Source: Ostreococcus lucimarinus (lineage: Eukaryota). Taken from it: DNA of 64,000 bases. Under the pieces are notes generated by a model. That model worked only from the letters and a program-made list of their open reading frames with translations. It was not told where the DNA came from and made no database searches. The first letter of the stretch is position 1. Each line of letters begins with the position of its first letter. Made by a program: the position numbers and the translations under genes. The DNA lies in assembly GCA_000092065.1 (NCBI GenBank), contig CP000593.1, one strand, 5' to 3'. This document shows, piece by piece, positions 61,201 to 64,000 of the stretch.

Positions 61201-61644
61201 GCCAGCGTTTAAAGCGATGGCGCCAAACGTCACACGTGGGCCGACATCATTCATCTGGATGCTTAAATCGCCGCAGTCGACGATTCGCCGCGCACCGCTC
61301 GGAGCGACGATCTGCGACCCCCAACACGTAAACTCAAACTCGCCGAGCGTCGTAAACTCGCTCGCGGCGTCATCCAATCGTATCAATTTCGAAAATTCAA
61401 ACTGAACCGTAACTCCATTCAAATTCACCTCGCGATCGGCATCATTCACGATCAACACGCTCGCGTACGTCTCGCGCGCGCCGCGATCCGCGTCGTCGGC
61501 GCGCGGCGCGTCGACGCCGACGCGAAGCATCGAATCCGTCGGCGTCGAGTGACTCCACGCGTACGCATCGATGGACAACGCCCCACCACCGAATCCTTCG
61601 CAATTCACACCCGCAAAATCCACGTTCGTCGCTTCATCGTCCAC
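55204..61644 (-). CDS. Giant (2146 aa) extracellular/cell-surface glycoprotein candidate: at least four PAN/apple-like Cys modules, a bacterial-Ig-like (DUF5011/HYR-like) domain, long extensin-like SPPPP/PSPPPQPPVEV proline tracts and a (TPSP)n tract
   Basis: PAN-like modules: ..CDEEANAEYEGSTL..ACCLACRENPNCNVWTFC..CELK, ..CRAETNANYDGIQI..ACCDACLADPACAVWNFC.., ..CRVEENANYKGHPL..CCAECKKMKKCNAWVFC..CWLKK, ..CNGEKGLNLKGILL..ACCQACFRTRDCDTWVYC..CWLKR. Ig-like domain: ..PTLRLVGGPNAVQNEVLLNSLYVDPGAVATDELDGDISDAIEADTSEVDTSRVGTYRVYYRVRDSGGCDVSAERLVRVI. Coding tandem repeats: a 39-nt unit x~6 at ~59290-59590 and a 12-nt unit at ~55925-56075. Confidence 0.6.
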   Translation of the reverse strand: MDDEATNVDFAGVNCEGFGGGALSIDAYAWSHSTPTDSMLRVGVDAPRADDADRGARETYASVLIVNDADREVNLNGVTVQFEFSKLIRLDDAASEFTTLGEFEFTCWGSQIVAPSGARRIVDCGDLSIQMNDVGPRVTFGAIALNAGEFLAGGYSNFLFSFRDRESRVLDAESVRALDPTCDPSAFTTASSIVSVAPTSTFGWNPNAQIMLSACPSLLDVVFSTLESQIEDGVARIRGIVGHRSCSTLDASKVTFAIDLGGDYEQSQLQAACEGLQIVYPISSVPMSDAAATCKAVVTERGVELSFGDDLVLCPGCFIVGGPNNVVLDLSYADGRGFSSTEISPNGLREPICAGFPRGDGPTDAELVRPCDEEANAEYEGSTLTTGLFLVPSPEACCLACRENPNCNVWTFCTANDGCGRSEFAYSYSSCELKYAAPEIISQDTIPGKRGPNATYISGALRDKEVEPVPFDTSNERKECRAETNANYDGIQISIVNAVSWSACCDACLADPACAVWNFCDDVSGCDGEFAYQTCVLKLFLVGGDPQKPPAIARGDGVPWVSGSLVDRIPEPVPSIEGCRVEENANYKGHPLNSGSDLVVDSETECCAECKKMKKCNAWVFCASIDGCGNEYYDYKFGECWLKKLSKEDVETIPVPAWERGENVTWTSGVVGAEVMMPSPPPSPPIVQPSPSPPPPVEVPSPSPPSPSPPVEVPSPSPPPQPPVEVPSPSPPPQPPVEVPSPSPPPQPPVEVPSPSPPPQPPVEVPSPSPPPQPPVEVPSPPPPPPVAVPSPSPPILPTCLRLLQDLQGRCGSIFGIENDEAFDPSCCDIVRGMNVERCFCDTAIIDELGDAIRTVQITAPTLCDSGLELVSGLSCFPSPPPSPPPPSPPPPSPLPSPPPPSPPSPSPPPPSPLPPSPSPPPPSPPSPSPPSPPPPPPVPSPPPPSPPPPSPPPLPPPPPPPSPPPPVDECPTLRLVGGPNAVQNEVLLNSLYVDPGAVATDELDGDISDAIEADTSEVDTSRVGTYRVYYRVRDSGGCDVSAERLVRVIALVPTSEYSQLTSLCVSNIPRVEELCVGFETATISGPNPASFPSCCVALSDLDEAGCFCVPEFIQSFEGIRPSVGELSAFTPLACGFRIKVGDVCEDQQLLTQFLSTPTAVPEFVIPDEKWERIVDDGGALRDDISCADTIDVTRKYCSAIQQNDVGVIPRISDFAPCCGAAARLHNESCLCDDFTLITDDNVMFLREIVGFTPLGCGFNLTEACPALSEELGVQTIVVERPGNDTDPTIPIGTDTPPITRPLEGYGVVVENGQVIPSDTPGRSECDPVRELKNFLVVASRPNSTDYDVLGAIGCCANSTIRVPEVTVVIGYRRREGNMNEFVDALSVPSVECAGLSLISARGEVLDDTLCDRATIEESIAGIKITLANLTIPPDAAITGRVQDGKLFTAKHESEATLDALAPTIRALQCDVGGSWTDVFESPPNDSRRKLLQFFGGIPFFPDQDQFGDANRTDITPSIAPLRPLAGFNLTQYARPSFRDGFDGETSDGGRPVDCLDVLPRVQASLSWFGERVDVGGDFRVAPFNRYDFRGSIGVNNDGGAIRLIDVNIPIVLSSWVNDINGTWREVQNPFDEYAIECLMITVVNGESRTPSLEPCAGLQFRMASYAPDGVFNEASGRPLPKVTLLEVSLSNVTLCAGCKLQGDNETLFRVVSLSGARFDYVGPSVGNPTCRRDIQGQLVEPIAMLPTSPPMTPTPVNGLVCNGEKGLNLKGILLRDGSKFIVDTEEACCQACFRTRDCDTWVYCTGDCKDFAYHSCWLKRAIGGGYTAERGPTEIAAWDRGPDVPWTSGWFPTQRSPPSPSPPPTPSPTPSPTPSPTPSPTPSPTPSPTPTPTPSPTPTPTPTPTPPTESSPTPPAPDSATYFTLQPGVPVQIPASTITVIPGAQLPPGAPPSTPTPAPIPVDGLSRTCSPDDATICPTESAPERLRETDARLSLQLLRGEGGSQAVVTGTAINFGRVSDQICLNGVAVMLPFERIVVAANEAPIVAPPEDFIVDCIFVGVRSRDGPPSSDDNGCGVYVEAKVVEAGVELTFRDISLCAECWIVGGPSSALFTVRHIDGLALQLPEQNVTIANIFTEDAAFCATS
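59290..59590. repeat. Coding tandem repeat, 39-nt unit x~6-7 (GGCGGTTGCGGCGGAGGTGATGGCGATGGAACTTCCACC), encoding (PPVEVPSPSPPPQ)n on the minus strand inside the giant surface protein
   Basis: Read directly in the sequence. The successive copies are almost identical. Confidence 0.9.
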
Positions 61645-62093
61645 CTACACCGCCGCGCGCGCGTCAGTCGCGTCCTTCATCCTCGTCTCGCGATTCCATC
61701 GCGGCGTCTCGACGCCGACGCCGCGTCCCGCGCGAATCCTCGCCTCGCACCTGCAGCATCGTCCGCGACGTCCCGAGCCCTTCCCGCGCGCGCGCCACTC
61801 GCGTCTTCGTCCCACCGCCGCGCTTTCGTCAGTCTTTCCCTTCGTCGTCGCGCGCCGTCCCGTTCGAATCGTCCTTCGTCGCGTCGCGTCGCTTTCGAGA
61901 TACGAAGCGTCGTTCGGTCCCATCGTTCGCGTCGTTCGCACCATCGCGCACGCCGCGACGACCGCGTCGCGCACGCGCGCCGCGCCGCGCGTCGTTCGTC
62001 GTCGCGTCGCTCTCGCGTCGCGTCGCATCGTTTCGTCGTTCCCCGTCGTCGCGATGTGTCGTCCATCGTCCGTCCGTCATCCATTCACTCATC

Positions 62094-63311
62094 ATGCATT
62101 CGACCCGGTCGCGCGTCGTCGATGTCGACCGACCGACCGACCGACCGATCGATGCGATGCGATGCGATGCGATGGATGACGCGCGGCACACGTCCGCGAC
62201 GCGCGGCATGGCGAGCGACGCGCGAACGAATCGCGCCAAGGCGTACGCGTACGCGTGCGGACTCGCGATCGGCGCGTTCGCCGTCGTCGCGGGCGCGATG
62301 CGCGACGGACGCGCGGGGACGATGACGGCGGTCGCGCGACGCGCGATGACGGGCGACGGCGGGACGCGCGAGGGCGCGACGGCGATGACGGAGGACGAGA
62401 AAGGGACGACGACGACGACGAGGACGGACGAGGACGAGGACGCGAACGAGGACGAGGACGTCGGGGAGATGGAACGAAGATTCACGCGGTGCGCGGGACA
62501 GTTTAAAAAGTTGCTCGCGGACGCCGACGCGTACTTTGAGCCCGGGCTCAAGGCGAAGATGTACGGGTTGTATAAGCGATGCACGAAGGATTTCGATCGA
62601 GAATTTGAGGGTGGTAAAACGTTCGGCGCGTTGGATGTCGTGGCGAGGGCGAAATACGAGGCGTGGAAGGAGGTGAAGGATTTGACGCGGGAGGAGGCGA
62701 TGGAGCGATACGTGCGGACGTTTGAGATGTGGGGGGCGAGGCGGGACTCGATGCGACCGTCGACGGCGACGCGGAACGCCGATGGGTTCACCGAGGAGGA
62801 CAGACTCGCCGCAGAGGAGTTTCACGCGAGAGATGAGGAGGAGAAGGAGGTGTACGCGAATATGTGGTCGATAAACCGGTCGCAGAGTCGACCGGCGCCG
62901 CTCGAGGACGACGACGAAGCGTCGCAGAGCGCGTCGAACAGCGGCGAGTTGGGGGCGCTGAGCGCGGCGTGTAAGGCAGGTGATGAGGACGCGGCGATGA
63001 AAGCGATCGAGGGCGGTGCGGATGTTAACGAACGCGATGCACTCGGGCGAACGCCGTTGCATTGGTGCGCAGACGGCGGACACTCGAAAATCGCCATGCA
63101 CCTGGCGCTTTTGAAGGCTGACGTCAACGCTCGCGATAGATACGGGCAAACGCCTTTGCACTTTTCGGTCAACTTAGATGACACGGAGACGGTAAATTTA
63201 TTCCTTGACTGGGGCGCAGATCCTTCGATCGCGGACGAGGAAGGGGAGACGCCTGAATCGCTCGGGATTTGGCAGCTCGCCGCGGCGCGCGAAGAAAACG
63301 CGACGGCGTGA
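62094..63311 (+). CDS. ACBP: Acyl-CoA-binding domain protein, class II (N-terminal TM helix, ACB domain, C-terminal ankyrin repeats)
   Basis: ACB domain ..FTRCAGQFKKLLADADAYFEPGLKAKMYGLYKRCTKDFD..ARAKYEAWKEVKDLTREEAMERYV.. Ankyrin repeats ..GRTPLHWCADGGHSKIAMHLALLKADVNARDRYGQTPLHFSV.. The true ATG may be at 62172 (MDDARH..), since the preceding (GACC)n(GATGC)n is simple sequence. Confidence 0.8.
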   Translation: MHSTRSRVVDVDRPTDRPIDAMRCDAMDDARHTSATRGMASDARTNRAKAYAYACGLAIGAFAVVAGAMRDGRAGTMTAVARRAMTGDGGTREGATAMTEDEKGTTTTTRTDEDEDANEDEDVGEMERRFTRCAGQFKKLLADADAYFEPGLKAKMYGLYKRCTKDFDREFEGGKTFGALDVVARAKYEAWKEVKDLTREEAMERYVRTFEMWGARRDSMRPSTATRNADGFTEEDRLAAEEFHARDEEEKEVYANMWSINRSQSRPAPLEDDDEASQSASNSGELGALSAACKAGDEDAAMKAIEGGADVNERDALGRTPLHWCADGGHSKIAMHLALLKADVNARDRYGQTPLHFSVNLDDTETVNLFLDWGADPSIADEEGETPESLGIWQLAAAREENATA

Positions 63312-63377
63312 GGTATCTACTTTATTGTGTAAAAGAATCTTCTATCGTACAATGGAAATTTCGCTAGCGTCCTAAAT

Positions 63378-63959
63378 CTATTTTTTCTTCACGTTAGTCG
63401 CGGCGGAAGTCTTCGCCGCTGTCATCGCAGCCGTCGCCGCGTGCGTCTTCGACACTTTCCAAAACGCGATGGCGAGCTGGCTCTTCAGCAGCATGAGCTG
63501 AAGTGGAAGCAGTGAAATCGCCACGGCGTCTCCAAGCTTCGCGCGCGCACGGGCGAAAGCCCCTCGCTTGATGGTCGATACATCGTCGTGTGGCGAGGGC
63601 GTCGAGGATTTCGCCAACCCCTCGCTCGCGCTCTTCCAAATGATCTTGTAACGATTGACGGGCGAGCCCAACTGCTCGTTGACGTATCGCAACAAATTAT
63701 TCGCCTTGAGCACGAGCAAAAGATCGCGAGGCAAGGTCTCAAAAAGCTTTGTTTGATCCTCTAATTTTACCCCCATGATTTGCTTCATGACCGAGCGCTT
63801 TTCCGCCACGGTGAAAGAGTCAGAGGAAGAATCGTCGTTTCGCTTGATCGACCCCGCGAGAGGCTCCTCAACGACGCGCGTCGGAACGACGGCGAGAATG
63901 AGCTTGAAGAACTGCGACATGTCGGGATCTATCCCAAGTGATCCAGTCGCTTCGCGCAA
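63378..63959 (-). CDS. C-terminal exon of an ABC1/ADCK1-like atypical kinase (UbiB family); the gene continues beyond the window end across an intron
   Basis: ..PRDLLLVLKANNLLRYVNEQLGSPVNRYKIIWKSASEGL.. is collinear with the C-terminal region of ADCK1-type proteins (..PRQMLLILKTNDLLRGIETALGT..), recalled from memory. An in-frame TAA lies immediately upstream of the listed Met (63963-63965), so the upstream coding part must be joined by splicing. Confidence 0.4.
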   Translation of the reverse strand: MREATGSLGIDPDMSQFFKLILAVVPTRVVEEPLAGSIKRNDDSSSDSFTVAEKRSVMKQIMGVKLEDQTKLFETLPRDLLLVLKANNLLRYVNEQLGSPVNRYKIIWKSASEGLAKSSTPSPHDDVSTIKRGAFARARAKLGDAVAISLLPLQLMLLKSQLAIAFWKVSKTHAATAAMTAAKTSAATNVKKK

Positions 63960-64000
63960 AGCGTTATCGTCCGATCTAATGATAGAGAGCCATACATTTG

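Noticed and set aside
1-64000. Prokaryote-style systems (operons, CRISPR arrays, restriction-modification or other defence islands) and horizontally acquired islands with deviant composition.
   Set aside because: The content is uniformly eukaryotic: introns, CaaX box, nuclear chromatin and cell-cycle proteins, plastid transit peptides. There are no direct-repeat/spacer arrays and no compositional break. The only bacterial-flavoured elements are individual domains (PBP-like fold, DUF5011-like, PGBD-like), each embedded in eukaryotic-type genes.

Overview
The window is eukaryotic nuclear DNA, not prokaryotic. It is very GC-rich (roughly 60-65%) with CGCGCG-type low complexity, densely packed with almost entirely intronless genes at about one per 1.6 kb. 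Every protein I can recognise is of eukaryotic or plastid origin: HCF136, starch synthases, a front-end Delta-6 desaturase, NAP1, Ran, WOX and others. The Delta-6 desaturase strongly resembles, from memory, the acyl-CoA Delta-6 desaturase of Ostreococcus tauri, so the most likely source is a Mamiellales picoalga (Ostreococcus-like) chromosome arm of normal composition. I see no CRISPR array, rRNA, tRNA, transposon or prokaryote-style defence locus.

I support about 40 protein-coding genes. Several fall into functional neighbourhoods:
- a lipid pair (Delta-6 desaturase, DGAT2) within ~5 kb, with an ACBP gene ~45 kb away at the other end of the window;
- a chromatin-assembly and replication cluster (Tousled-like kinase, FKBP53-type histone chaperone, NAP1, RPA2);
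- a starch cluster (two GT5 starch synthases flanking a Nudix CoA pyrophosphatase).

The candidates most worth a second look are:
- a secreted, probably GPI-anchored protein with a bacterial class-III periplasmic-binding-protein fold, which could be a CBA1-type cobalamin or FBP1-type siderophore acquisition protein;
- a 2146-aa surface protein combining PAN/apple-like modules, a bacterial-Ig (DUF5011-like) domain and extensin-like proline tracts;
- three separate tandem repeats in intergenic or promoter DNA, with unit lengths of 143, 92 and 122 bp;
- a perfect 18-bp TGACGTCA-centred palindrome in the HCF136 promoter;
- a small gene with a peptidoglycan-binding-like domain that needs a short intron to be reconstructed.

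Many long ORFs in the six-frame track are antisense artefacts of the GC-rich sequence and I rejected them.
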